Assembly: GCA_964593805.1 (NCBI GenBank)
Contig: CAZQHP010000001.1
Span: 389,283 to 453,282 of the forward strand
Source: an uncultured Candidatus Saccharibacteria bacterium
GTDB taxonomy: Bacteria > Patescibacteriota > Saccharimonadia > Saccharimonadales > JBBQAJ01
DNA: 64,000 bases
Direction of reading: 5' to 3'
Shown here piece after piece: positions 22,124 to 32,678 of the stretch. The notes beneath the pieces are model-generated. The model did no database searches. It was given only the letters and a program-made list of their open reading frames with translations, and was not told where the DNA came from. Every line of letters starts with the position of its first letter. Positions within the stretch are counted from its first letter, which is position 1. A program made the position numbers and the translations under genes.

Positions 22124-24611
22124 CATAGACACGCTACGCTGGATGAATCATCACTACCAGTCCACGGGTGAAATTATGCCGGACGGCATTGACGCATTGG
22201 TGGACAAAATCGGTGCCCAGCTAGGTGCCGTTGAGGAAGTGATTAATCTTGGGCAGAAATACCAAGGCATTGTGATTGCCAAAGTCGTGTCTTGTGTCAA
22301 GCACCCCAATGCCGACAAACTCAGTCTCTGCACAATTGATGACGGTGGTGTGGTGAAAAAGGTTAAACGGGACAAAGACGGTTACGTACAAGTGGTCTGC
22401 GGCGCGCCAAATGTACGCGCTGGCCTGTTAGTCGCCTGGCTGCCGCCGGGCGCAACGGTGCCGAGCAGTTTTGGTAAGGAGCCATTTGTGCTGGAGGCGC
22501 GCGAGCTGCGGGGCAAGGTGAGCAACGGTATGATTGCCAGCGCCCAAGAACTAGCACTCAGCGATGACCATAGCGGGATATTGGAAATTACCGAAAACTT
22601 CAAACCTGGTGAGGATTTTGCCAAGGCTTATGGCCTGAACGGGCACGTCGTGGATATAGAGAACAAAATGTTCACTCACCGGCCGGACTGTTTTGGTTTT
22701 CTGGGCGTGGCGCGCGAACTGGCTGGGATTCAACAGATGTCATTCAAAAGCCCCAAGTGGTATGTTCAAAATCCTAAGTTCCCCAAGCCCGAAGCCGATG
22801 AGCTAAAATTCCAAGTCAAAAACAGTGTTCCTAAACTAGTGCCGCGCTTCACGGCGATGGCTATGACGGGCGTACGTGTTACTAAGAGCCCCGCGTGGCT
22901 ACAAGTAGAGTTAGCCAAAGTAGGCTCGCGTTCAATAAATAACATCGTGGATTACACCAATTTCTTCATGCTGGAAACTGGCCAGCCTCTCCACGCTTAT
23001 GATGCCGACAAGTTGCCAGCACCGAGCCTGGAAACACGCCTGTCGAAAAAAGGCGAAAAACTAAAGCTGCTAAACGGCAAAGAAATAACGTTCGAAGACA
23101 ACAGCACCGTACTGATAACTTCCGGTGGCAAGGCTGTGGGAATCGGTGGTGTCATGGGCGGGGCTGACACCGAAGTAGACGCTAACACCAAAAATATCAT
23201 CATAGAATGCGCAAATTTTGACATGTACAACATACGTCGTTCAAGCATGAAATACGGTTTATTTACAGATGCCGTTACGCGGTTCAACAAAGGCCAGAGC
23301 CCGCAGCAAACCCTGCCCGTGCTGGCCAAGATTGTGGCCGAGATTCGCAAAACAGGCAGCGGTAAAGTGGCGTCCAAAGTTATCGATCACAACCACGCTG
23401 ACAAGAAGCCGCCATTGGTGCGCGCCAGTGCCCAGTTTGTAAACGGCCGGCTTGGCCTGGACCTGCTGCCGGACGATATGCAAGCGTTGCTTACTAACGT
23501 GGAGTTCAAAGTCGAACGCACTGACAACAAAGACGAGCTAAAGGTAACACCGCCTTTTTGGCGCACCGACATAGAAATCCCGGAGGACATAGTTGAAGAG
23601 GTTGGCCGGCTGTACGGCTATGACCATGTGCCGCTCGAACTGCCAAGACGTAGTATCTCGCCAACCGCGCCAGATCCAATGCTCGGCCTAAAGCAAAAGC
23701 TGCGGGAAGTGTTGGCCAAAGCCGGCGCCAACGAACTGCTAACCTACAGTTTTGTGCACGGCAATTTACTGGACAAAGTCGGCCAGGACCGCAAACTGGC
23801 TTACGAACTCAGCAACGCTCTGAGTCCGGACTTGCAATACTACCGCCAAAGCCTAACGCCAAGCCTGCTGGACAAAGTGCACATGAATATCAAAGCCGGT
23901 TACGACCAGTTCGCTTTATTTGAAATCAATAAAACTCACATAAAAGGCAAAACCGACCCCAGCGAACCAAAAATTCCTAAAGAATTTGAAAACCTAGCCG
24001 TAGTAGTAGCCAGCTCTGACAAACTGAAACAGCGTGGCGCCGCCTATTTCCAAGCCCGGAGCTATTTGGATTATTTGGCCGATTCTTTTGGCATCACGGT
24101 GCGTTACGAGCCGCTTACCGAAGCGCCAGCCTACCCGGCGGCAGCGCCATATGATTACAAGCGCTCGGCTCGCGTCTATATAGGCGACAAGCTGATTGGT
24201 TTGGTTGGAGAATTTAAGCCGTCTGTCCATCAGCCGCTTAAATTGCCCGCTTACTGCGCCGGATTTGAGATAGGAATTGCGTCTCAATTCTTCAGCGCTT
24301 CTGCCGGGCGGTACCGGCCGATTTCCAAGTACCCAAGCGTGCAGCAAGACGTTTCGCTCAAAATCCCAGCCCAGCTGCCTTTTGCCGAGCTATACGGTTT
24401 TGTGCAAAAAAACCTGAACCCCCCAGACCATACCCAAGCGGCGCTCATGCCAATAGATATTTACCAAGGCTCTGACAAAAAGCACAAAAACGTCACCCTC
24501 CGGCTCGTAATTTCTTCGTTCCAGAAGACTTTGACCGATAGCGAAGTCAACAGTCTGCTGGACGATGTAGCCGCTGTAGCCCGTAAAAAACTTGGCGCTG
24601 AAAGGCTTTAA
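22113..24611 (+). CDS. pheT: Phenylalanine-tRNA ligase beta subunit
   Basis: 832 aa. It has an N-terminal tRNA-binding domain (VVSCVKHPNADKLSLCTID), B3/4 and B5 domains, and a C-terminal FDX-ACB-like domain. Confidence 0.95.
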   Translation: MKISIDTLRWMNHHYQSTGEIMPDGIDALVDKIGAQLGAVEEVINLGQKYQGIVIAKVVSCVKHPNADKLSLCTIDDGGVVKKVKRDKDGYVQVVCGAPNVRAGLLVAWLPPGATVPSSFGKEPFVLEARELRGKVSNGMIASAQELALSDDHSGILEITENFKPGEDFAKAYGLNGHVVDIENKMFTHRPDCFGFLGVARELAGIQQMSFKSPKWYVQNPKFPKPEADELKFQVKNSVPKLVPRFTAMAMTGVRVTKSPAWLQVELAKVGSRSINNIVDYTNFFMLETGQPLHAYDADKLPAPSLETRLSKKGEKLKLLNGKEITFEDNSTVLITSGGKAVGIGGVMGGADTEVDANTKNIIIECANFDMYNIRRSSMKYGLFTDAVTRFNKGQSPQQTLPVLAKIVAEIRKTGSGKVASKVIDHNHADKKPPLVRASAQFVNGRLGLDLLPDDMQALLTNVEFKVERTDNKDELKVTPPFWRTDIEIPEDIVEEVGRLYGYDHVPLELPRRSISPTAPDPMLGLKQKLREVLAKAGANELLTYSFVHGNLLDKVGQDRKLAYELSNALSPDLQYYRQSLTPSLLDKVHMNIKAGYDQFALFEINKTHIKGKTDPSEPKIPKEFENLAVVVASSDKLKQRGAAYFQARSYLDYLADSFGITVRYEPLTEAPAYPAAAPYDYKRSARVYIGDKLIGLVGEFKPSVHQPLKLPAYCAGFEIGIASQFFSASAGRYRPISKYPSVQQDVSLKIPAQLPFAELYGFVQKNLNPPDHTQAALMPIDIYQGSDKKHKNVTLRLVISSFQKTLTDSEVNSLLDDVAAVARKKLGAERL

Positions 24612-24612
24612 C

Positions 24613-26391
24613 ATGAAGCGGCTGTTACAAAGCATGCTTGGCGTAGGGATTGGGCTGTTTTTGCTAGCCGCGATAATCCCGCGTGCTCACGCCGGCGTAA
24701 ATGATTTTGTAGTAAACAGTTTCACAGCCGACTATAATCTGACTCGGGACGACCCACAAGGAAAGCTTCGTGTCGTTGAAAACATCGACCTGACGTTTTC
24801 TGACAACAACCACGGTATCTTGCGAGCCTTGCCAGACAGCTACAAAGGCAAATCGCTAAAGTTGAAAGTATTAAATGTTGCCTCTGACTCCGGCGCTCCT
24901 AGCCAGTACTCCACTTACGGTGACAGTGGTAACACCGTGCTGAAAATTGGCGACCCCAACCAAACCATCACTGGAAATCAGCATTATAAAATTGAATACA
25001 CCGTGCAGAACGTCGTTACTTTTTATGACGGCTACGATGAACTGTACTGGGACATAAACGGCGATCAATGGCCGCAACCCTTCACACGGGTAGAAGCCCG
25101 GTTTCATCTGCCGACGGAACTTATGCCAGAAGAGCAAAAATGTTTCGCGGGCAGCTTTGGCAGCACCAATCAAGAATGTGTAATTACCAGAGAAGAGAAT
25201 TTGGTGTCCACCAACACTGTTCAGCCAATGGGACCATACGAAACTCTGACTGCTGTGATTAAGCTGCCAACCGGCTACTTCGCCAAACCAACTATGGCTG
25301 ACTGGTGGAAGGACAACATCGGCAAAGTTCTGGCGGTTTTGCTGCCGCCGACGTTGATTGGTGGTTGGGGCTACTTTCGGTGGCGACGACTGGGCAAAGA
25401 CAGCAAAGGCCGCGGGACTATAATTGCCGAGTACGAACCGCCAGACGGCCTGAAGCCGCTAGAAGTCGGTGTGATTTTGGATTACCGGGCCGACAACCAG
25501 GACATAACGGCCACGATTGTCGACTTGGCCATACGAGGCTACCTGAAAATTATCGAGGAAAAGAAAGACAGGTTAATTGGAAAAGACAAAATTGAATACA
25601 GTCTGGAACTGAGGAACGCTGATTTTAGCAAGTTAACTGAATTTGAAAAATCGGTCATGGAAGGGATTTTTGTAGACATAGACTTGGTCGCTGCGGCCGG
25701 AAAACCAGGTTATTTGCCTGATAAAAAAGTAGTCACGCTCAAAAGTTTGAAAAATAAGTTTTATAAAACTATCACTACCGTGCGAACCGATGTGTTGAAG
25801 GGCTTGACCGAAAAAGGCTACTTTCCATCCGACCCAGCCAAGGCCGGAGCCGGTATGTGGGTCTTGGCTGTAGGGCTGTTTGTGATTAGCTTTTTCTTCC
25901 GTAGCTGGTTGACAGTTGGTTTGATTTTGGCGGCAATGTTGACGGCAGTTTTTGCGGCTCTCATGCCCAAACGGACTGAAAAGGGAGTTGCCGCTAAGGA
26001 AAAGATTGAGGGTTTGAAGCTGTACATGAACACGGCGGAAAAAGATAGATTGGCTATGCTGCAAAGTCCAACCTCGCCCTACGCGCAAAAATCAGAAGCA
26101 CCGTCGCAAACCGTCGAGTTGTTTGAAAAACTTCTGCCGTTCGCAATTGTCTTGGGTGTGGAGAACGATTGGGCTAAACAGTTCGAGCACATTTATAAAA
26201 CTCCGCCAGATTGGTACGGCGGCAACTGGACTACCTTCAACGCCATTTATCTTACGAACAGCCTGTCTGGCAGTGTCAATGCCATGGCCACCAACTTTGC
26301 CGCGCCTAGTAGCTCCGGCGGCAGCGGCTTTTCCGGTGGTGGTGGATTCTCCGGCGGCGGCGGAGGGGGCGGCGGAGGGGGCGGCTGGTGA
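24613..26391 (+). CDS. DUF2207-family membrane protein with a Gly-rich C-terminal tail
   Basis: The ORF track starts at 24592. The ATG at 24613 (MKRLLQSMLG, signal-like) lies just after the pheT stop. It has a large extracytoplasmic N-domain, 3 TM helices and a GGSGFSGGGGFSGGGGGGGGGGGW tail typical of DUF2207. Confidence 0.7.
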   Translation: MKRLLQSMLGVGIGLFLLAAIIPRAHAGVNDFVVNSFTADYNLTRDDPQGKLRVVENIDLTFSDNNHGILRALPDSYKGKSLKLKVLNVASDSGAPSQYSTYGDSGNTVLKIGDPNQTITGNQHYKIEYTVQNVVTFYDGYDELYWDINGDQWPQPFTRVEARFHLPTELMPEEQKCFAGSFGSTNQECVITREENLVSTNTVQPMGPYETLTAVIKLPTGYFAKPTMADWWKDNIGKVLAVLLPPTLIGGWGYFRWRRLGKDSKGRGTIIAEYEPPDGLKPLEVGVILDYRADNQDITATIVDLAIRGYLKIIEEKKDRLIGKDKIEYSLELRNADFSKLTEFEKSVMEGIFVDIDLVAAAGKPGYLPDKKVVTLKSLKNKFYKTITTVRTDVLKGLTEKGYFPSDPAKAGAGMWVLAVGLFVISFFFRSWLTVGLILAAMLTAVFAALMPKRTEKGVAAKEKIEGLKLYMNTAEKDRLAMLQSPTSPYAQKSEAPSQTVELFEKLLPFAIVLGVENDWAKQFEHIYKTPPDWYGGNWTTFNAIYLTNSLSGSVNAMATNFAAPSSSGGSGFSGGGGFSGGGGGGGGGGGW

Positions 26392-28172
26392 AACAAATTT
26401 GGCGCATTATCCGGTTCACTAGTTCTTTGAAGCGCTATTATGTAGCGATTTCTATCATGACCATTCTGCTGGCTACCATGAGCCAGCTGGTGCCTCTGCT
26501 CACCAAAGCCGCGATTGATCAGATTACCAAAACAGCCAGCGGCGGCCAGGCCAATGTGAGTCTGGTAGCGTTTTTTGCCTTCCTGATTTTTCTGACAGAC
26601 ATTGGGCAGACTTACCTCGGAAACATCAGCGGCTACTGGGGCGATATGCTGGCTATCAAGCTACGCAAATACCTGAGCAGCCGGTACTATGAGCACCTGC
26701 TCAGCCTGCCTCAGCGCTATTTTGATACCGAACTTACCGGTACCATCATCAACCGCATGCACCGCGGCATCCAAGACATTGGTGACTTTGTGCAAATGTT
26801 TAGCAACAACTTCCTACAATTTATCTTCAGCACTGTTTTCACCCTGGCAATCGTGGCCTATTATTCCTGGCCGGTGGCGCTTATGCTGGCAGCTCTGTAC
26901 CCCGTGTATATCTGGATGACCGCCAAAACCAGTACCAAGTGGCAGGATTATCAAAAACAGATTAATGAAGATCTGGACATTGCCAGCGGCCGCTTTGCCG
27001 AAAGCATCGGCCAGGTCAAAGTGGTCAAAAGCTTTATACAAGAAATTCGAGAGCTCAAAGTTTTTGACCATTATCTAGACAAGGCCGTTAAGAACGTTGA
27101 CCCTCAGAGCCGGTATTGGCACAAACAAGATAACCGTCGGCGTAGTGTGCTGGCGCTGATTTTTTTCGCGGTATTTATGTATATTTTTGTGGAAACCGCC
27201 CGCGGCTCTTATACAATCGGCACCATGGTTTTGCTGATACAATACGCTGCCTTAATACGGATACCAATTTTCAGCATTAGTTTTCTGGTGGACCGGACGC
27301 AGCGCGCAATTGCTAACAGCAAAGACTACTTTGAAGTTATGAATGAGCGTCCCGAAATCAGTGACAGAGCGGGTGCACCCGAGCTGGAAATCAGCCAAGG
27401 CGCCATAGGCTTTGACGGCGTTTCTTTTAGCTATGACAGCTCTCAGGCGGTGCTCAAAGACATTACGATAAACATTGAGCCAGATAGCAAAATTGCGCTG
27501 GTGGGCGAAAGCGGCGAAGGCAAAACCACGCTGACCAATCTGTTGCTCAGGCTGTATGAACCGGAAGAAGGCGTCATACGCATTGACGGCCAAGACATTA
27601 GCTCCGTAACCCAGCGCTCCTTGCGCGAAAACATCGGCGTGGTTTTCCAGGATCCGGCGCTGTTTAGCGGTACCATCCGTGAAAACATTGCCTACGCGCG
27701 GCCCGGAACTGGCAACAAGCAAATAATTGCCGCTGCCAAAGCAGCTAACGCTGACGAATTTATAGACAAGCTGGACAAAGGCTATCAAACCGAAATTGGC
27801 GAACGCGGGCTAAAACTCAGCGGCGGCCAAAAACAACGGATAGCAATTGCCCGGGCTCTGCTGAAAGACGCGCCTATTTTGATCCTAGACGAAGCCACCA
27901 GCAGTCTGGACAGCAAGTCTGAGGCTATGGTACAGGAAGCGTTGGAACACCTCATGAGAGGCCGGACTACCATAATCATCGCCCACCGGCTCAGCACCAT
28001 CCAAAATGTTGACCAAATCATTACCATCCGGGGCGGCAAGGTTGACGAAGTTGGCTCTCCCGAAGAACTAGCCCGTAGCGGCGGTATTTACGACCAGCTG
28101 CTCAAACTGCAGCATGGCAAAAACAAAGAACAAACTCAGAAAAAACTCCAGTCATACGATATTGCCAGCTAG
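26388..28172 (+). CDS. ABC exporter, fused permease/ATPase (MsbA/ABCB-type)
   Basis: 594 aa. Six TM helices are followed by Walker A GESGEGKTT, signature LSGGQKQRIAIARAL and Walker B ILILDEATS. The GTG start overlaps the upstream stop (GTGA). Confidence 0.9.
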   Translation: MKQIWRIIRFTSSLKRYYVAISIMTILLATMSQLVPLLTKAAIDQITKTASGGQANVSLVAFFAFLIFLTDIGQTYLGNISGYWGDMLAIKLRKYLSSRYYEHLLSLPQRYFDTELTGTIINRMHRGIQDIGDFVQMFSNNFLQFIFSTVFTLAIVAYYSWPVALMLAALYPVYIWMTAKTSTKWQDYQKQINEDLDIASGRFAESIGQVKVVKSFIQEIRELKVFDHYLDKAVKNVDPQSRYWHKQDNRRRSVLALIFFAVFMYIFVETARGSYTIGTMVLLIQYAALIRIPIFSISFLVDRTQRAIANSKDYFEVMNERPEISDRAGAPELEISQGAIGFDGVSFSYDSSQAVLKDITINIEPDSKIALVGESGEGKTTLTNLLLRLYEPEEGVIRIDGQDISSVTQRSLRENIGVVFQDPALFSGTIRENIAYARPGTGNKQIIAAAKAANADEFIDKLDKGYQTEIGERGLKLSGGQKQRIAIARALLKDAPILILDEATSSLDSKSEAMVQEALEHLMRGRTTIIIAHRLSTIQNVDQIITIRGGKVDEVGSPEELARSGGIYDQLLKLQHGKNKEQTQKKLQSYDIAS

Positions 28173-28249
28173 GGTTGTTGCGCAAAATACCTTGGCGGCG
28201 TATGTGCCAACGACGTATACTATGGCAAGTTTAAAAGGAGTGATTAATA

Positions 28250-28795
28250 ATGGCGAAAACGCACGAACGCGTCTTTGCGCTGGTGATGGCATTTCTGTTT
28301 TTTGGCACTACGGCCGCAGTCAGCGTAATAATATTTTTACAGGCTCGCGATCAGAGCCGGGCGGATAAAGCGGCCGAAACCACCCAGCAAGCAACAACAA
28401 ATCAACAACCAAAGGAGGGGGCATTGCAAGGAACTAAATTAGCGGATTTTGCACCGCTAGACAAGATTGAGAGCCTAAAGGCTATTGATATACAAGAAGG
28501 TACCGGCGATGTCGTTAAGGCAGGCGATACAATCACCGCCCATTATACTGGCGCGGTCGCTAAAGATGGCGTAATTTTTCAAAGCTCGCATGACACCGGT
28601 GAACCAGCAACCTTTCCATTGAGCGGCGTTATAAAGGGTTGGACTGATGGAGTGCCTGGGATGAAAGTTGGCGGCAAACGCCGTTTGCTCATCCCCGCAG
28701 ACTTGGCATATGGTGCCACCCCGCCCCAAGGTTCTGGCATTCCAGCCAACGCTGACCTCGTGTTTGACATAGAATTAGTCAAAATCGGCCAATAA
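28250..28795 (+). CDS. FKBP-type peptidyl-prolyl isomerase, membrane-anchored
   Basis: 181 aa. An N-terminal TM helix is followed by HYTGAVAKDGVIFQSSHDTGEPATFPLSGVIKGWTDGVPGMKVGGKRRLLIPADLAYG. Confidence 0.85.
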   Translation: MAKTHERVFALVMAFLFFGTTAAVSVIIFLQARDQSRADKAAETTQQATTNQQPKEGALQGTKLADFAPLDKIESLKAIDIQEGTGDVVKAGDTITAHYTGAVAKDGVIFQSSHDTGEPATFPLSGVIKGWTDGVPGMKVGGKRRLLIPADLAYGATPPQGSGIPANADLVFDIELVKIGQ

Positions 28796-28891
28796 AGGCA
28801 AAAAGCACAACATATAGGGTCTTTACAATTACCATAAACACTAGATATAATAGGTACGAATCGTTTAAAAATCACAAAAAAGGGGAAAATC

Positions 28892-29140
28892 ATGGTCAAA
28901 AACATCACTATTTTCACTACTAACACCTGTGCCTATTGCGGCATGGTCAAAAAATGGCTGGGGGCCAAAGGCTACCAGTACGAAGAGGTCAACTTGGACT
29001 TGAGCCCAGAGCGCCAAAAAGAAGCGTTTGAGCTCAGCGGCGCGCTGTCTGTGCCGGTGACGGTGGTTACTAAGACGGATGACAGCCAGGAAGTGGTGAT
29101 AGGCTACAACTTGGCTAAGTTGGCACCGGCGATAGCCTAG
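28892..29140 (+). CDS. Glutaredoxin-like protein (NrdH/YruB type)
   Basis: 82 aa. ITIFTTNTCAYCGMVKKWL (CxxC) and SVPVTVV. A TTACAA-17nt-TATAAT promoter lies at 28823-28851. Confidence 0.75.
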   Translation: MVKNITIFTTNTCAYCGMVKKWLGAKGYQYEEVNLDLSPERQKEAFELSGALSVPVTVVTKTDDSQEVVIGYNLAKLAPAIA

Positions 29141-29261
29141 GTAATTTAACATTTGACATTTGCCAATTCACAATTATTTTCCAGATAACATTTCCCAGAC
29201 AGAAATGCCTTAAATCTGTACAATGGTAAATGGCAAATAAATGAATAATGAGAATTGATAA

Positions 29262-30209
29262 ATGATAAATCGAGAAGTGCATGATTTGGTAATAGTCGGT
29301 GCAGGGCCGGCTTCATTGACAGCGGCTATCTATACTACACGGGAAGACATAGACACGGTTTTGTTTGAAAAAGGAGCGGTCGGCGGCTTGGCGGCAGTAA
29401 CTGATTGGGTAGACAATTATCCGGGCTTCCCAGACGGTATTGCCGGTCTGGAATTGGCCGACAACTTGCAAAAGCAAGCCGAACGCTTCGGCACGGATAT
29501 ACGCTACGGAGAAGTGCTGAGCGTAGCAGACGAAGGCAAGCTCAAAAAACTAACCACGACCGACGGCGACGTTTACGCCAAAACAGTACTGATTGCTACG
29601 GGCAGCGATTATAAAAAACTAGGCATACCAGGCGAACAAGAATATTACGCCAGAGGCGTACACTACTGCGCCACCTGTGACGGTGCTTTCTACCGCGACA
29701 AGCGACTGGTAGTCAGCGGCGGCGGCAATTCGGCCGTGCAGGAGGCTATATTTTTAACCAAGTTTGCCAGCCACATAGACTTGTTAGTGCGCAGCACCAT
29801 AAAAGCCAGTGAAATCCTGCAGCATGAACTAAAAAAGCACACAGACAAAATTACGGTGCACTTAGGTACTACTACCGATCAAATAATTGGCGCTGAAGTT
29901 GACGGCATCAACAAAGTCGTGAAAGTCACAGGCACCCGCGCCGGCAAAAAAGTAGAATTTGAAACGGACGGTATTTTTGTATTCATCGGCCTAATGCCCA
30001 ACACGCAGTTTCTAAAAAACGGGCCGGTTAAACTAGACGCGATCGGCATGGTGGAGACAACCCCAGACTTACGCACAAACGTCCCCGGCATCTTTGCTGC
30101 CGGCGATGTTCGTAGCGGTGCGAATATGCAGATTGCCAGCGCCACGGGCGAAGGCGCTACCGCCGCCATGATGATACGCAAGTATCTAGAAGATCTCGAA
30201 CGAAACTAG
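29262..30209 (+). CDS. trxB: Thioredoxin-disulfide reductase
   Basis: 315 aa. VIVGAGPASLTAA, the redox-active CATCDG, GGGNSAVQEA and the GIFAAGDV motif. Confidence 0.9.
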   Translation: MINREVHDLVIVGAGPASLTAAIYTTREDIDTVLFEKGAVGGLAAVTDWVDNYPGFPDGIAGLELADNLQKQAERFGTDIRYGEVLSVADEGKLKKLTTTDGDVYAKTVLIATGSDYKKLGIPGEQEYYARGVHYCATCDGAFYRDKRLVVSGGGNSAVQEAIFLTKFASHIDLLVRSTIKASEILQHELKKHTDKITVHLGTTTDQIIGAEVDGINKVVKVTGTRAGKKVEFETDGIFVFIGLMPNTQFLKNGPVKLDAIGMVETTPDLRTNVPGIFAAGDVRSGANMQIASATGEGATAAMMIRKYLEDLERN

Positions 30210-30277
30210 GATAAAACTTTACAACCTGAAGTTTTTTTGCAAAGCTGGGTATAATGGAAAAATTTGCTTCGCCAAGC

Positions 30278-30694
30278 ATGCATGAACTTTGTCTCATGCT
30301 CACCCGGTCCGACCGAGCTATGCGCGCAGTGGTTTCTAGTAAATTGGGAAAACAAAGGCTCACCATGATGGAATGGCTGGCGCTTGGCGTGGTGGCGCGC
30401 GGGGGCAAAGAAGGTTTGAGTATGACGCGGATTGCTAATAGCCTGGACGTTACTTTACCGCAAGTTACGGCGCTTGTAACTGGTCTATTGGAGCGTAAAT
30501 TTATAAAGCAAAAGGTGTTATCTAGCGATCATCGCGGCCGCCAAGTCATGATTACTCTCAAGGGCAAACGGGTTTTGGGTAAGCTGGAGACTGCGATTGC
30601 TAGTTCCATACGAACTTTGGCAAAAGACGTGCCCAGCAGGCGATGGCAGGCATATATCCGCACGGTCGAACAGCTTTCGGCGCAGGCTGATTAG
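30278..30694 (+). CDS. MarR-family transcriptional regulator
   Basis: The ORF-track ATG at 30254 lies inside the TATAAT box (30250-30255), so the in-frame ATG at 30278 is preferred. The wHTH reads LSMTRIANSLDVTLPQVTALVTGLLERKFIKQKV..DHRGRQVMITLKG. Confidence 0.7.
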   Translation: MHELCLMLTRSDRAMRAVVSSKLGKQRLTMMEWLALGVVARGGKEGLSMTRIANSLDVTLPQVTALVTGLLERKFIKQKVLSSDHRGRQVMITLKGKRVLGKLETAIASSIRTLAKDVPSRRWQAYIRTVEQLSAQAD

Positions 30695-31395
30695 ACTGGC
30701 GGGTAGCCCGGGAAAAAATCCAGCACCAGTTTTTCTTTGGCAACTCCGCTTGCCAGCAATCCAGCTTCTAGAGCTTCGGTCATAGGTTCCGGCCCGGAAA
30801 CATAAACCAGCTGCTCAGAACTAGAGCCAGCCAGCTCCAGGATGAGTTGGCTGCTAAGATGCCCCGTCCGTCCGGACCAGCCCAAAGATGGCTCTGACAC
30901 CACTGTGTCCATTTTGGCTCCATAAGCTTCAAACAAATCAACAAAAGCCGCTTCTTCCGGGGTCTTAACACCGTACACGAGCCGTATCGGGCGCTTTTCG
31001 CCGCTATCTAACAACCACTTTGTCATACTGCGCATGGGCGTAATTCCAATTCCGCCGGCTACAAAAACAAGCGGGATGGCAGTGTCTTTTGGCAGCACGA
31101 AATCACCCATTGGTTCGCTCACCGTTATGATTGCGCCGGGTTCCAGGCCGAACAGGCGCTGTTTGAACGTACTAACTCTATCTGTGGCATGTTTGGTTGT
31201 GACGCTTATGAGCTTTTCTGTTGGAGACGAAGACAGCGTGAACCAATGTTTCTGGCCGCGTGCGTCAGCCTTATCATGAGGCAGGTACATTTCAATAAAT
31301 TGCCCGGCCACGTAGTCCACAGGTTTTTCTGGTTCAAACCAAAAAGTTTGAATGTTTTTGGCAACTACTTCAGTGTGGTCAAGCTTAATTTGCAT
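30691..31395 (-). CDS. FNR-family FAD/NAD(P)-binding oxidoreductase
   Basis: 234 aa. HWFTLSSSP (RxYS-type FAD motif), VFVAGGIGITPM (NAD(P) motif) and VYVSGPEPM. Confidence 0.75.
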   Translation of the reverse strand: MQIKLDHTEVVAKNIQTFWFEPEKPVDYVAGQFIEMYLPHDKADARGQKHWFTLSSSPTEKLISVTTKHATDRVSTFKQRLFGLEPGAIITVSEPMGDFVLPKDTAIPLVFVAGGIGITPMRSMTKWLLDSGEKRPIRLVYGVKTPEEAAFVDLFEAYGAKMDTVVSEPSLGWSGRTGHLSSQLILELAGSSSEQLVYVSGPEPMTEALEAGLLASGVAKEKLVLDFFPGYPPV

Positions 31396-31404
31396 TGGTG
31401 CTAA

Positions 31405-32097
31405 TTATAACGCTTTAGGCCTTCTATGCCGCCCGGCGATAAATCGCTCGGGATAGTCGGTGCAAATAGCAACGTCAGGGTAGAGTTTGCCTAAAAAGGC
31501 GGCCTGAAAAGGGCGGTTTACCGTGTAGACGTATAAACCTAAGCCGGCCCGTTTACTCAGCCAGTACGTCAACGGGTTTAGCAGCCAATAGTTTAGGCCA
31601 ACTCCATCCAAACGAAGCTGCTTAGCCAGGTGGATAATGTCAAACGGTTTTGTGCGCTCCAAACCATAGAGGATTAAGCTGGGCGCTTGTTCGCGCAACG
31701 CGGCCAGTTCGTCTAAGTCAAAAGAAGCAATCTGGACGCGAGCTTTGGGAAAATCTGCCAGCACCGCCAAAAGCAACTGGCCGCAGCCGCCGTCTTTGAG
31801 CTCTATAAAAACGGGTTTTTCCCCGATAACTTCCAAAGCCTCGGCCAAAGTAGGGACATTTGCGCCGCTCAACAGTGGAATTTTTTGTATTGCTTTCAGA
31901 GACAGATCGGCAATCCGGCGCTTGTCATCGGCAATCCGCCCCAGGTCGGCGTCATGGCAGACAACCAGCTGGTTGTCTTTGGTTTTGCGGACATCAAGCT
32001 CAATTGCGTAAACGCCCATATCTATAGCAGTCTGCAGGCTGGCCAACGTGTTTTCTAACTCCGTGCCAGCCGCACCGCGGTGTCCGATAATTTTCAT
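31405..32097 (-). CDS. Glycerophosphodiester phosphodiesterase
   Basis: 230 aa. IIGHRGAAGTELENTL, IELDVRKTKDNQLVVCHD and the VYVYTVN block are GDPD signatures. Confidence 0.8.
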   Translation of the reverse strand: MKIIGHRGAAGTELENTLASLQTAIDMGVYAIELDVRKTKDNQLVVCHDADLGRIADDKRRIADLSLKAIQKIPLLSGANVPTLAEALEVIGEKPVFIELKDGGCGQLLLAVLADFPKARVQIASFDLDELAALREQAPSLILYGLERTKPFDIIHLAKQLRLDGVGLNYWLLNPLTYWLSKRAGLGLYVYTVNRPFQAAFLGKLYPDVAICTDYPERFIAGRHRRPKAL

Positions 32098-32144
32098 ACT
32101 TGCTAATAGTGTACAATATCAGAGAAGTAAATGGAGAATAGTAA

Positions 32145-32678
32145 ATGGCAGATTTCAATCAAATCCTAGACGCCGGTGACGTGGCTGGAGGTATCATCAA
32201 TACGGTTATTGAAATTCCAAAGTGGTCAACACTAAAGATTGAGTGGAATCGCAAGCTGGCAGTTTTTGAGCTGGACCGGGTAGAGCCGAGTATTTTTGCC
32301 AAACCGTGCAACTACGGCTTTATTCCCCAGACGCTTGACGAAGACGGCGACGAACTAGATACTCTGGTGCTTACCAACGACCCTATACCTATGGGCGTGT
32401 ACCTGAAAGGCCGCGTGATTGGCGTACTGAACTTTGAGGACGACGGCGAAATGGATCACAAAATTGTGGTTGTGCCGGCAGATGACCGCAACACCGGCGA
32501 TGCAATTGCTTCGCTGGATGATTTGCACGACCAATGGAAGCAAAAGATCGAACATCATTTCAACCACTACAAAGACCTCAAAAAACCCGGCAGCACCAAA
32601 GTGCTCGGTTGGGGCAACGCCAACGACGCCAAAAAAATCATCCAGGAATGCATAGAGCGCTATAAAAAAGAAGCCTAG
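32145..32678 (+). CDS. ppa: Inorganic pyrophosphatase (family I)
   Basis: 177 aa. NYGFIPQTLDEDGDELDTLVL and DHKIVVVPADD. Confidence 0.9.
   Translation: MADFNQILDAGDVAGGIINTVIEIPKWSTLKIEWNRKLAVFELDRVEPSIFAKPCNYGFIPQTLDEDGDELDTLVLTNDPIPMGVYLKGRVIGVLNFEDDGEMDHKIVVVPADDRNTGDAIASLDDLHDQWKQKIEHHFNHYKDLKKPGSTKVLGWGNANDAKKIIQECIERYKKEA

Noticed and set aside
26300-26391. GGC/GGA-rich tandem-looking DNA (ggcggcggagggggcggcggagggggc).
   Set aside because: It encodes the Gly-rich C-terminal tail characteristic of DUF2207 proteins. It is a coding low-complexity region and not a repeat element or CRISPR.
29145-29245. ATTTGCCA ... TGGCAAAT inverted repeat and the CATTTC/GAAATG hairpin upstream of trxB, considered as a possible redox-regulator operator.
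   Set aside because: The arms are short and AT-rich, about 65 nt apart, and not positioned clearly relative to the TGTACAAT promoter. The evidence is too weak to call.
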